Program-made: the position numbers and the translations under genes
Assembly: GCA_036501845.1 (NCBI GenBank)
Contig: DASXZO010000040.1
Location: forward strand, 22,568 to 86,567
Direction: 5' to 3'
From: Acidimicrobiia bacterium
GTDB lineage: Bacteria; Actinomycetota; Acidimicrobiia; IMCC26256; PALSA-610
Length of the DNA: 64,000 nucleotides
Shown: in pieces, positions 9,215 through 17,427 of the stretch
Numbering within the stretch: the stretch's first letter is position 1
Layout of the letters: each line of letters starts with the position of its first letter
Notes under the pieces: generated by a model
What the model saw: the letters and a program-made list of their open reading frames with translations, nothing else
The model's database searches: none
Told to the model about the DNA's origin: nothing

Positions 9215-10015
9215 ATGCGTCGGGAGTCCGTGACGAACTCGTTGCGCAACGCGCTGCGGCCCGGCTACGCGCAGGTGATCGGCCGCAAGGCCCTGAACCG
9301 GGTGGGCCGGCGCGACCGCAGCGGCGCCGAAGCCTGCGCGTGGGCGCGCGCACATTGCACGACCGCGGCGGCGGTGTGCGAGGCGCTCGACGCAACGCTG
9401 TGGGCCGAGGCGCTCGAGTTCCGCGACGTGGTCACACGGCGCGCCGACGAGGTGTCGGCCGAGCTCGGCGAGAAGGTGGGTTACGGCGCGCGCTCCGACC
9501 TCCTCTACTTCACGATCCGCTGGCTGAAGCCCGACGTGGTGGTGGAGACCGGCGTGGCGTACGGCTACTCGTCGTTCACCGCGCTCTCCGCGCTCCGGCG
9601 CAACGGTCAGGGCCGCCTGTTGTCGAGCGACTTCCCGTTCTTCCGCGAGCGCGACCCGGAACGGCTCGTGGGGTCGATGGTGCCGCCCGAACTGCGAGAC
9701 GGCTGGCGGCTGCTCACCAAAGGCGACGCCTACAACCTGCCCGCGATCCTCGCCGAGATCGACCACATCGACCTGCTGCACTACGACTCCGACAAGTCGT
9801 ACACCGGCCGCAAGCAGGCGTTCGACCTGCTCCTGCCCCGCCTGTCGCCTTCTGGCGTGGTGATCATGGACGACATCGAGGACAACACGTTCTTCCGCGA
9901 CTTCGTGACGGACTCGACGCCGGCACCCGGCTACGCGGTGATCGGGCAGGGCGCGCACTTCATGGGCACGCTCGGTCTCACGGCGCGCGACGCGGAAGGG
10001 GCGCGCGATTCCTGA
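9215..10015 (+). CDS. class I SAM-dependent methyltransferase (O-methyltransferase family 3 / Methyltransf_24-like)
   Basis: This is the 3' part of ORF 8714..10015, from the ATG at 9215 (MRRESVTN). Motifs are VVETGVAYGYSSFTALSAL and LLHYDSDKSYTGRKQAFDLLLPRLSPSGVVIMDDI. Confidence 0.65.
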   Translation: MRRESVTNSLRNALRPGYAQVIGRKALNRVGRRDRSGAEACAWARAHCTTAAAVCEALDATLWAEALEFRDVVTRRADEVSAELGEKVGYGARSDLLYFTIRWLKPDVVVETGVAYGYSSFTALSALRRNGQGRLLSSDFPFFRERDPERLVGSMVPPELRDGWRLLTKGDAYNLPAILAEIDHIDLLHYDSDKSYTGRKQAFDLLLPRLSPSGVVIMDDIEDNTFFRDFVTDSTPAPGYAVIGQGAHFMGTLGLTARDAEGARDS

Positions 10016-10037
10016 GCGCGCGAACCCAGACGTTCGT

Positions 10038-10778
10038 GTGCACGTCGCGAGTTACAACACCGCGGCCGCCACCGAGCTCTGCGTGCGTTCGGCGCGCCGG
10101 CTTGCCGGCATCCCTTTCGCCATGACCGTGGGCGACGGCGGTTCCACCGACCGGAGCCTGCCGATGTTGCGCCAGTTCGCGGCGCGCGGCGCCATCGACC
10201 TCGACGTGATACCCGGCGGCCGCACGCACGCGCAATGGCTCGACCACTGGTACGCCACGTGCACGGAGCGCTACTGCGTGTTCAGCGATTCCGACGTGGA
10301 GTACCGCGCCGCGGGTTGGCTGCGCGACATGGTCGCCGCGGCCCGGAGCACCGGCGCCGCGCTTGTGGCCACGCGCATCCAGGCTCGCGACGGCGTGGCC
10401 TACCGCCACCCCACCACAGGGGCGCAACGCACCCTCGCGCCACGGCCCGAGCCGTGGCTCGTGCTCATCGACCTCGAACAGACCCGGCCGCACGTGCACA
10501 CGAGCTTTCGCTACGTGGATCGCGTGGAATCTGACGGCAGCAAGACCGCCTACGACGTAGCGGCCGCGTTCTTCGCCGCGCTCGACGAATCGCCGCTGGG
10601 CTGGGTGGAGATGCCGCCGGCTTTCGCGTCGGCGTACCACCACTTCGGTGGACTGTCGTGGCAACAAGCGTTCGCGCGCGGAGTGCCCGTGCGCCGCCGC
10701 GCCAAGCAGCTCACCAAGCGGGCCGACGTGTGGCTGCGCCTCGAGCGCGCCCGCCTCCTCGACCTCCGCACTCGCTAG
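10038..10778 (+). CDS. putative GT-A fold glycosyltransferase
   Basis: GTG start. VASYNTAAATELCVRS.., VGDGGSTD and FSDSDVEY (DxD) give a GT2-like layout, but the protein is short and divergent. Confidence 0.5.
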   Translation: MHVASYNTAAATELCVRSARRLAGIPFAMTVGDGGSTDRSLPMLRQFAARGAIDLDVIPGGRTHAQWLDHWYATCTERYCVFSDSDVEYRAAGWLRDMVAAARSTGAALVATRIQARDGVAYRHPTTGAQRTLAPRPEPWLVLIDLEQTRPHVHTSFRYVDRVESDGSKTAYDVAAAFFAALDESPLGWVEMPPAFASAYHHFGGLSWQQAFARGVPVRRRAKQLTKRADVWLRLERARLLDLRTR

Positions 10779-11617
10779 GTGAGGAAGCGGCGGTAGAAGT
10801 CGTCATTGCGCACGAGGTCGTCGAAGACGGCCTCGGCGTTGCTGTCTTGTTCCGCGCGCACCGAGCGCTCCCACCGCGCCTGGCGCCAGCGCAGCTGCGC
10901 GGCGTGCGCGGTCTCGAAACCCGGTACGCGCTTGTAGACGCGCGACGTGAGCTTTCCCATCGGCGCGTCGACCGGCGCGCCGTCGGCGCGGGCGCGACGG
11001 TCGCGAAATCCCGCGCCGTGGTGGTACGCAACGGCGCCGAACTCGTCGTCGCCGTACACCGCGAACCACACGGGATGCAGCTCCGAGGTGTTGCGCCGCG
11101 TCAACGCCCGCCACGGCGCGTTGTGTGCGCGCAGCGCGCCGAGCATGTTGCCACCTGTGTCGGTGACGAGATCACCCGCGGAGTTGCGCCACTCGTAGCC
11201 CGGCTGCCAGTCGCCGCCGACCTCGTTCCAGAACCCCACGGTTGTGATCGCGAAACAGGGATGCGGCTGCGGGTCGCCGAGGTTCTCGTCGCGCCGCACC
11301 GCGATCAGAGGAACATCGGCGAGCGCGGCCACGAGCGGCTCCACCGGCCGCAACGGGAAGGCGTCGCCGTCGACGAACATGAGCACGTCGCTCGATTCAG
11401 CGTGTTCCGATACGAGCCGCGCCATCTCGTTCAGGCGAGCCGGATGGTTCGCGTCGATGTCGACCACGTGGTCGAAACGGGCGTGGTACTGCGTGTCGAT
11501 CCCGTCGAGCACGGCCCAGCGCACCGAATCATGCGGCAGGAAGCGATCGAAGCGATCGGCCTGCGGCGCGATCCACGCCGGATCCTTGTGGTGCACCGTG
11601 AGCACGTGGAGCACCAA
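10775..11617 (-). CDS. hypothetical protein with a DxD motif (possible glycosyltransferase)
   Basis: The ORF is 280 aa. Its TTG start sits immediately after the stop of the upstream sulfotransferase (TGATTG). MFVDGDAFPL is a DxD-like motif. I recognise no family. Confidence 0.4.
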   Translation of the reverse strand: MVLHVLTVHHKDPAWIAPQADRFDRFLPHDSVRWAVLDGIDTQYHARFDHVVDIDANHPARLNEMARLVSEHAESSDVLMFVDGDAFPLRPVEPLVAALADVPLIAVRRDENLGDPQPHPCFAITTVGFWNEVGGDWQPGYEWRNSAGDLVTDTGGNMLGALRAHNAPWRALTRRNTSELHPVWFAVYGDDEFGAVAYHHGAGFRDRRARADGAPVDAPMGKLTSRVYKRVPGFETAHAAQLRWRQARWERSVRAEQDSNAEAVFDDLVRNDDFYRRFLT

Positions 11618-12538
11618 TCAGGTTCTCCACTCCGACGGCCGCAAGCGCTGGGCGAGCGTGCGGGTAAGTGCGCGGCGCGAGCGCAGATCGGCCCGAGCCT
11701 CGGCCAGCTCGCGCTCGGTGCGAATCGTCGCGGCCCGAGCCGACAGCAATTCACGCGACGCCGCGTGCGGTTCCGGCAACCGGGGCGCCACGAACGCGGC
11801 CGACTCGGCCGGCAGCGCGCCCAACGCGTCCCACAACGCGCGCTGTTGCGGCGTGGTCACATCGTCGGGCAGTTCGGCGAACACGTGATGGCGGCGTTCG
11901 GCGTCGACCGCACCGGCGGCCTCGGCCGGCGTGCGACTGAACTCCACACCGAACGCGCCGAGGCGGTCGCACACCGACGTGAGCGTGGCCTCCGGCTCCT
12001 GCACGAGGTCGGCGTAGGCCACGACCACGCAGCGCAGGCCGGCCGCCGACTGCAACAGCGCGCGGTTGTACCGCTCCCAGAGCGCCACCACGTGACCGGG
12101 GCCGAACGAGTTGCGCCGCTCGAGCGATGCCGCAACCTCGAGCGGATGGCGGTACGACACCACCACGATGGGTTCGACGGTGAGGCGGGCGCGCCAGAAG
12201 TCGAGTGTGAGGCAGGTGCGGGGATCTTTCCAGAGGCTCGGCGACGCCAGCGCGAGATCGCCAACCGCTGCGCGCGCCTCGGGGTGGAGCGCCGCGATCT
12301 CGGGCCGCGTGGTCCAGCCGGGTTCGAGCTCGGGCGGCGCGCTCCAATGGCCACCGAGCCGCTCGAGGATCTGCTGATTGCACGTCTGCACGAGGAGGTG
12401 CTCGGAACGGCGCGTGATGTGCTCGGGGCTGCCGAGCCAGGCGCCGAGCTCACGAAGGCTGCGCGCGAGCGCCGACGTGCCGCTGCGGTGCATGCCGAGC
12501 AACACGATCGACGTGGGCGTGGTGGTAGGCCCCGCCAC
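11618..12538 (-). CDS. sulfotransferase family protein
   Basis: This is the 3' part of ORF 11618..13108. The GTG start at 12538 overlaps the TAG of the upstream gene by 1 nt. The PAPS 5'-phosphosulfate loop is LLGMHRSGTSALA. WKDPRTCLTLDFW and SYRHPLEVAASLERR are typical of bacterial sulfotransferases. Confidence 0.7.
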   Translation of the reverse strand: MAGPTTTPTSIVLLGMHRSGTSALARSLRELGAWLGSPEHITRRSEHLLVQTCNQQILERLGGHWSAPPELEPGWTTRPEIAALHPEARAAVGDLALASPSLWKDPRTCLTLDFWRARLTVEPIVVVSYRHPLEVAASLERRNSFGPGHVVALWERYNRALLQSAAGLRCVVVAYADLVQEPEATLTSVCDRLGAFGVEFSRTPAEAAGAVDAERRHHVFAELPDDVTTPQQRALWDALGALPAESAAFVAPRLPEPHAASRELLSARAATIRTERELAEARADLRSRRALTRTLAQRLRPSEWRT

Positions 12539-13383
12539 TACTGGTGCTCGATGCGCAGCCACTTCTGCGAGCCGACGTAGAAGTAGTCGAGCTCCCGCAC
12601 GGCCAGGCCGCGCCGGGCGCACTGTGCGAACACCCACTTGCGATCGTGCCCCACGAGCGCCTTCTCCCACTCGTCGCCCTGGTAGTCGGGCGGCGCAAGA
12701 CGGTGGCCGCGAAGGTCGCGCAGTTTGATCGCCAGGCCCGGCACCTTGCGGATGCCCGCGTAGAGCGGCACTCGCACGGGCTCGGGCAGGCGCGAGGCCG
12801 GGAGGTACGACACGAGCATCACGCCACGGGGGCACGTGACCAGGAAGGAATCGAGCATGGCTTCGATCTGTGCCTTCGTGGTGTGGCTCCACACCGAGCG
12901 GGCCACCACGAAATCGAACTCGACGCCGAACACCGACAGGTCGAAGTCGTCGTTGTAGGCGAAGCGCGGCTTGGCGTACTCGGCGAGCTCCTGCTCGACG
13001 ATGTATTCGAGGCCCTGGTCGATCTCCCACGAGCGTGGGTTGATGCCGTGATACCGGCCAGGTTCGAGAAAGTTCATGAACCAGTAGCCGGCGCGCAGGC
13101 TGCCGCACCCGACGTCGAGCAACGTCGAGCTCGGGTAGAGGCCTTCCTGCACGAGCGTGGCGAGTTGGAGCCGGCCCGACCGCTCGAACTCGTCGAGCGG
13201 CCCCACCGTGAATCCCTTGACCGCGCGCAGGCGCTCGGCGCGCGCTCGCATCCCGACGGGCAGTCCGGCCCGCTCGGCGCGTGAGGCCGGGATCGACGCC
13301 GCGACGTTCTCGGCCTTCCCCACGTGCTCGACCTTCTCGGCCGACCCGCTTGCGGGGCTCGCAGCCTGCTTGTCTGCCGCCAT
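12538..13383 (-). CDS. class I SAM-dependent methyltransferase
   Basis: LLDVGCGSLRAG (SAM motif I) and FDFVVARSVWSHT. It is clearly paralogous to the product of 26410..27249. Confidence 0.65.
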   Translation of the reverse strand: MAADKQAASPASGSAEKVEHVGKAENVAASIPASRAERAGLPVGMRARAERLRAVKGFTVGPLDEFERSGRLQLATLVQEGLYPSSTLLDVGCGSLRAGYWFMNFLEPGRYHGINPRSWEIDQGLEYIVEQELAEYAKPRFAYNDDFDLSVFGVEFDFVVARSVWSHTTKAQIEAMLDSFLVTCPRGVMLVSYLPASRLPEPVRVPLYAGIRKVPGLAIKLRDLRGHRLAPPDYQGDEWEKALVGHDRKWVFAQCARRGLAVRELDYFYVGSQKWLRIEHQ

Positions 13384-13441
13384 TGCGCCACGAACCTAGA
13401 CGGCTCGCTCGGAGCAGTCTGGCTCATAGCCTGCGAGCCGC

Positions 13442-14083
13442 ATGGAGGAGACGGATGGCACGGTGACCGTCGACGCGACCATCGACGGTGCGCATCGCCT
13501 TCGCTTCCTGTTGCGAACAATCTGGTACTCGCCGATGCTCGCCGGCCGGCTCGTACGCAAGGCCCGCACGCTGGTCGAAGCCGATGTCCACCGCTGGGTG
13601 AGCATCACCGCGCTCGGCGCCGCGCCCGGCCGACAGCTCGTCGCGCTGCTCGCGAGCTACCCCGAGTTCCGCACGCTCTACTGCTACCGGCTGCGCCGCA
13701 CCGGTACCGCGGGCGCGGCGCTGTCGGCAGTGCTCGGCATGCTGTATCCCGGCGAGCGCACACTGCATCTCGCCACCAGCGACATCGGCCCGGGCCTATT
13801 CATCCAGCACGGCTTCGCCACGATCGTGGCCGCGCGCCGCGTCGGCGCCAACTGCTGGATCAACCAGCAGGTCACCATCGGCTTCGACCGGCCCGGCGAG
13901 CGCCCCGTGCTCGGTGACGGCGTGGGTGTGTACGCGGGCGCCAAGGTCTTGGGCGACGTGACGATCGGCGACGGGGCGCGCATCGGCGCCAACGCCGTGG
14001 TGCTCACCGACGTGCCGCCCGGCTACACCGCGATCGGTGTGCCCGCCCGCCTGCTGCCACCGAAAGCCGAGCGGGAGCATTGA
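13442..14083 (+). CDS. hexapeptide-repeat acyltransferase (serine O-acetyltransferase/WcaB-like)
   Basis: GLFIQHGFATIVAARRVGANCWINQQVTIG..VLGDGVGVYAGAKVLGDVTIGDGARIGANAVVLTDVPP is a left-handed beta-helix repeat. Confidence 0.7.
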   Translation: MEETDGTVTVDATIDGAHRLRFLLRTIWYSPMLAGRLVRKARTLVEADVHRWVSITALGAAPGRQLVALLASYPEFRTLYCYRLRRTGTAGAALSAVLGMLYPGERTLHLATSDIGPGLFIQHGFATIVAARRVGANCWINQQVTIGFDRPGERPVLGDGVGVYAGAKVLGDVTIGDGARIGANAVVLTDVPPGYTAIGVPARLLPPKAEREH

Positions 14084-15216
14084 AGGTCTATTGGTACTGG
14101 CCGTACATCCGTGACGAGCTGCTCGCACTCGCGCGCGCCATACCGGACACCGGCGACGACGAGGTGGTCGTGCACGCCATGGCCGGCCGCCTGGCGGGCG
14201 CCGACACGAGCGGGCCCGGATGGCGAGTGGCAGCCACGTTGCCAGCGGTCGCGCCGCGCGACGAGGGCAGCATGCGCTGGGCCGCGTCGCGTGCGACCAC
14301 CTATCTCGGCCAGGCCCGGGCACGCCGCACGTTGCTGCGCGACGAGCCATTCGACGTGGCCCACGTGATGTTCCTCAACTACTTCGTCGATGCCTTCGAC
14401 CTGCGCGCGGTGGGCAAGCGGCAGCCGCTCGTCGTGTCGGTGCACGATGTGGTCCCGCACCAGTCGCGCGTTCCTGGCACGGTCGAACGGGCCTTGCTCG
14501 GCCGCCAGTACACGGCCGCGAACACGATCGTGGTGCACCACGAGTCGGTCCGTGCCCGGCTCGTGGCCGAGTTCGCCGTCGACCCGGCCCGCGTGCACAA
14601 CGTGCCGCACTGGGTGATCCCGGCACCGGCCGAGCCGCGCGCCAGGCCGAGTGCGTCGCCGCAGATCCTCTTCTTCGGTGCGCTGCGCCGGAACAAGGGC
14701 GTCGACGTGCTCCTCGACGCCTTCGCAGCCCTGCCCGACCGCGACCTCCGACTCGTGGTGGCCGGCCGCGGCGCCACCGACGTGGAACAAGAGGTGCGCG
14801 ACGCCGCGGCACGCGACCCGAGGGTCGTCGCGGAGATCGGTTTCGTCGCCGAGGCCCGCAAGCACGAGCTGTTCCGCGCCAGCGACCTCGTGGTGCTCCC
14901 GTACACCGAGTTCTCGTCGCAGAGCGGGGTGCTCCACGACGCCTACGCCCACCACCGGCCCGTGGTGGTCACCGACGTGGGCGCGCTCGGCGAATCGGTG
15001 CGTGACGACGGATCGGGCTGGGTGGTGCCGGCGCGCGACGCCGAAGCGCTGGCCGAGACATTGACCACCGCGCTGGCGAACGGCGAGGCCTGGACCCGGG
15101 CCGCGGCGCACGCCGGCTCGGTCGGCCTCGACCGGAGCCCCGACGCCACGGCCCGGCGCTTGCGAGCCGTGTACGCCGCGGCGGCTGCTCACAGCCCCCA
15201 CGCCCCCCAAACCTGA
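14080..15216 (+). CDS. GT4 family glycosyltransferase
   Basis: The TTG start overlaps the preceding stop (ATTGA). ILFFGALRRNKGVDVLLDAF, VVLPYTEFSSQSGVLHDAYAHHRPVVVTDVGALGE and GWVVPARDAEALAETL form a GT-B C-terminal domain. Confidence 0.75.
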   Translation: MKVYWYWPYIRDELLALARAIPDTGDDEVVVHAMAGRLAGADTSGPGWRVAATLPAVAPRDEGSMRWAASRATTYLGQARARRTLLRDEPFDVAHVMFLNYFVDAFDLRAVGKRQPLVVSVHDVVPHQSRVPGTVERALLGRQYTAANTIVVHHESVRARLVAEFAVDPARVHNVPHWVIPAPAEPRARPSASPQILFFGALRRNKGVDVLLDAFAALPDRDLRLVVAGRGATDVEQEVRDAAARDPRVVAEIGFVAEARKHELFRASDLVVLPYTEFSSQSGVLHDAYAHHRPVVVTDVGALGESVRDDGSGWVVPARDAEALAETLTTALANGEAWTRAAAHAGSVGLDRSPDATARRLRAVYAAAAAHSPHAPQT

Positions 15217-15241
15217 ACGACCGCGGCACCGTTCACAGGTT

Positions 15242-15271
15242 TTGCCGCCACTTCACCTCAGGAGGTGGCAA
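15242..15271 (+). terminator. candidate hairpin downstream of the GT4 gene
   Basis: TTGCCGCCACTTCACCTCAGGAGGTGGCAA folds with an 8-bp outer stem (one G-U pair) plus an inner CACCT/AGGTG pairing. There is no U-tract. Confidence 0.3.
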
Positions 15272-15473
15272 GCAGAACTCCCGGAATGTGAACCTTGCGC
15301 CAACGCCCGACGGCCCCGTGGACGGCTCACGCACCGTGTGCTGTAATTGCGACCGTCGGGGGCCGGCGGACGGGGCGGTCGGCGGCGTGCACGCAAGCAC
15401 GCCGTCATCTCATCCAATGGCGCGACCGGGGCGCAGCACGCGTCAGGGCGGAAACGGTAGGGCCACGCGGTAG

Positions 15474-17387
15474 ATGAATGCAGTCGACCTCTTCGTAGCC
15501 TTGCGGCGGCGGTGGCGCGTGATCGCCGTCATCGTTGCCGCGGTGGTAGCCATCGCGTGGATCACGACGCCCGCGTCCAAGAAGGGCGCGAAGGGCAGCG
15601 TCACGTTCCAGGCCCAGCAGACCGCGTATGTCGACGGCGGTCGCGTCTCATCGCAATCGCTCCAGCGCATGGCGTCGTACCTCGTGGCCGGTCGGGTGCC
15701 GCAGAACGTCGCCAACGAGCTCAACGTGAAGCTGGTCGAGGGCGCCGACTCCACCTCAGGCACGAAGGGCGCATCGGGCCATGTGGTGATCGGTGCGGCC
15801 ACGGTGGTGGCGAAGCCCGTCACGAGTATCGCGGCGCTCAACATCACGGCCACCGGCAAGAGCGCGACGTTTGTGCGTCAGGTGGTCGACGACGAGACGA
15901 TCGAGCTGCAGAAGTACCTGAATGCGACGGTGAGCAAGGACCACGACGACCAGGTCACCACGCTCCAGAACCACACGAACCAAGTGGCTCACACCGTCGA
16001 GCAGGCGTACATCGCCGAAGGTAAGTGCGCCAAGGGCGACAAGACCTGCGCGATCGAGACGCGTGCCACCGCGAAGGACCAGCAAGGCGTCTACGACGAC
16101 CTCCGCAAGCAACTCAACAAGCTGAAGCGCACGATCACCGCGGGGAGCACGCTCCGCCCGGCCGAGACGAACGCGACCGGTTCGCCGAACGCCACGCTCA
16201 GCCGCAAGGTGCACTCGGGGAGCAGCACCATCCCCGTGTCGACCAAGCCCCGCCTCGCGCTCGGCCTCATCGTCGGCCTGCTGCTCGGCGCGCTGATCGC
16301 CTTCCTCGTGGGCAAGCTCGATTCGTCGGTGTACGGCGTGCAGAGCACTGAGACCTCGGGCCGGCTCCCGGTGCTCGCCGAGATCCCCCACGTGTCCACG
16401 TCGCGGCGGCGCCGCTTCGAGGTGCTCACGCAGCTCTCTCCGTTGTCCGGCGTCGCCGATGCGTATCGCGGCTTGCGAACATCGATCGGTCTGATGTGGC
16501 TCGCCAACGAGTCCGAGACCGGCCGCACCGAGCCCCGCACGCTGATCGTGGCGTCGCCCGGTCCGAACGAGGGCAAGTCCACCACCAGCGCCAACCTCGC
16601 GGCGGCCTACGCCGAGATGGGCAAGTCGGTGATCGTGGTCGACCTCGACTTCCGCCGCCAGCGTCTGCACAAGTTCCTCGGCGCCAACGCGGAGCCACAC
16701 CTCGCCAACATCGGCACGCTGTCGGAGCCCCGCGTCGACCTCGATTCGATCACGCAATCGACGAGCATTCCGGGCGTGCGGTTCATCGGCTCGGCCGCAC
16801 CCGACTCCACTCCGGCCGAAGCCGCGGTGGCCGGACGCGCCGCGATCCTCGCCGCCCAGGGGTCGTGCGACATCGTCATCATCGACACGCCGCCGTTGCT
16901 CCTCACGAACGACACGTTCGACCTTCTCGACTTCGCCGACGCCGTGCTGATGCTCGTGCGCGACGGTCGCACCAAGACCACGGCACTCGCTCGGGCCTCG
17001 CAGCAGTTGCGCCGCCTCGACGCGCCGGTGCTCGGCATCGCGCTGATCGGTGCGGTGAGCAGCCGTCCCGGCTATGGATACGGGTATGGCTACGGCTACC
17101 GCTACGGCTACTCGTACGGCGGCTACGGCTACGGCTACGGCATGCGCACCAACCTCGACAGCGCGGGTGCGAACGGCACGAACGGCGCCGACCACGCCAA
17201 CGGCAACGGCCACCACGACGTGGCGGAGCCCGTGGCGGTGTCGCTCAGCGACACGCCGGCCCGATCGGCGCGCCGTTTCGGTGTGCGCCGCGCTTCCGAG
17301 CCCGTCGTCGACCTCACCGAGCCGGCCGTACCGTCGCTCGACTCGACTCCGGCCGATCGCACCACCGACGACGAAACCACGTCGTGA
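15474..17387 (+). CDS. polysaccharide co-polymerase (Wzz-like) fused to a BY-type tyrosine autokinase
   Basis: The protein has an N-terminal TM, a coiled periplasmic-type domain and a second TM. These are followed by Walker A SPGPNEGKSTTSANLA, Walker A' VVDLDFRR, Walker B IVIIDTPPLL and a C-terminal Tyr cluster. Confidence 0.8.
   Translation: MNAVDLFVALRRRWRVIAVIVAAVVAIAWITTPASKKGAKGSVTFQAQQTAYVDGGRVSSQSLQRMASYLVAGRVPQNVANELNVKLVEGADSTSGTKGASGHVVIGAATVVAKPVTSIAALNITATGKSATFVRQVVDDETIELQKYLNATVSKDHDDQVTTLQNHTNQVAHTVEQAYIAEGKCAKGDKTCAIETRATAKDQQGVYDDLRKQLNKLKRTITAGSTLRPAETNATGSPNATLSRKVHSGSSTIPVSTKPRLALGLIVGLLLGALIAFLVGKLDSSVYGVQSTETSGRLPVLAEIPHVSTSRRRRFEVLTQLSPLSGVADAYRGLRTSIGLMWLANESETGRTEPRTLIVASPGPNEGKSTTSANLAAAYAEMGKSVIVVDLDFRRQRLHKFLGANAEPHLANIGTLSEPRVDLDSITQSTSIPGVRFIGSAAPDSTPAEAAVAGRAAILAAQGSCDIVIIDTPPLLLTNDTFDLLDFADAVLMLVRDGRTKTTALARASQQLRRLDAPVLGIALIGAVSSRPGYGYGYGYGYRYGYSYGGYGYGYGMRTNLDSAGANGTNGADHANGNGHHDVAEPVAVSLSDTPARSARRFGVRRASEPVVDLTEPAVPSLDSTPADRTTDDETTS
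17070..17141 (+). repeat. GY-dipeptide coding microsatellite (Tyr cluster of the BY-kinase)
   Basis: (GGC/GGA/GGG TAC/TAT) repeats encode GYGYGYGYGYRYGYSYGGYGYGYG, which has 11 Tyr in 24 residues. Confidence 0.9.
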
Positions 17388-17427
17388 GCGCTGCGGGCGC
17401 GCACGCGTGATCTCTCGCGACTGAGCG

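Noticed and set aside
10775-10778. Overlapping convergent stop codons on the palindrome CTAG
   Set aside because: This is real in the sequence but is a trivial consequence of two convergent genes ending on TAG. I infer no regulatory meaning.
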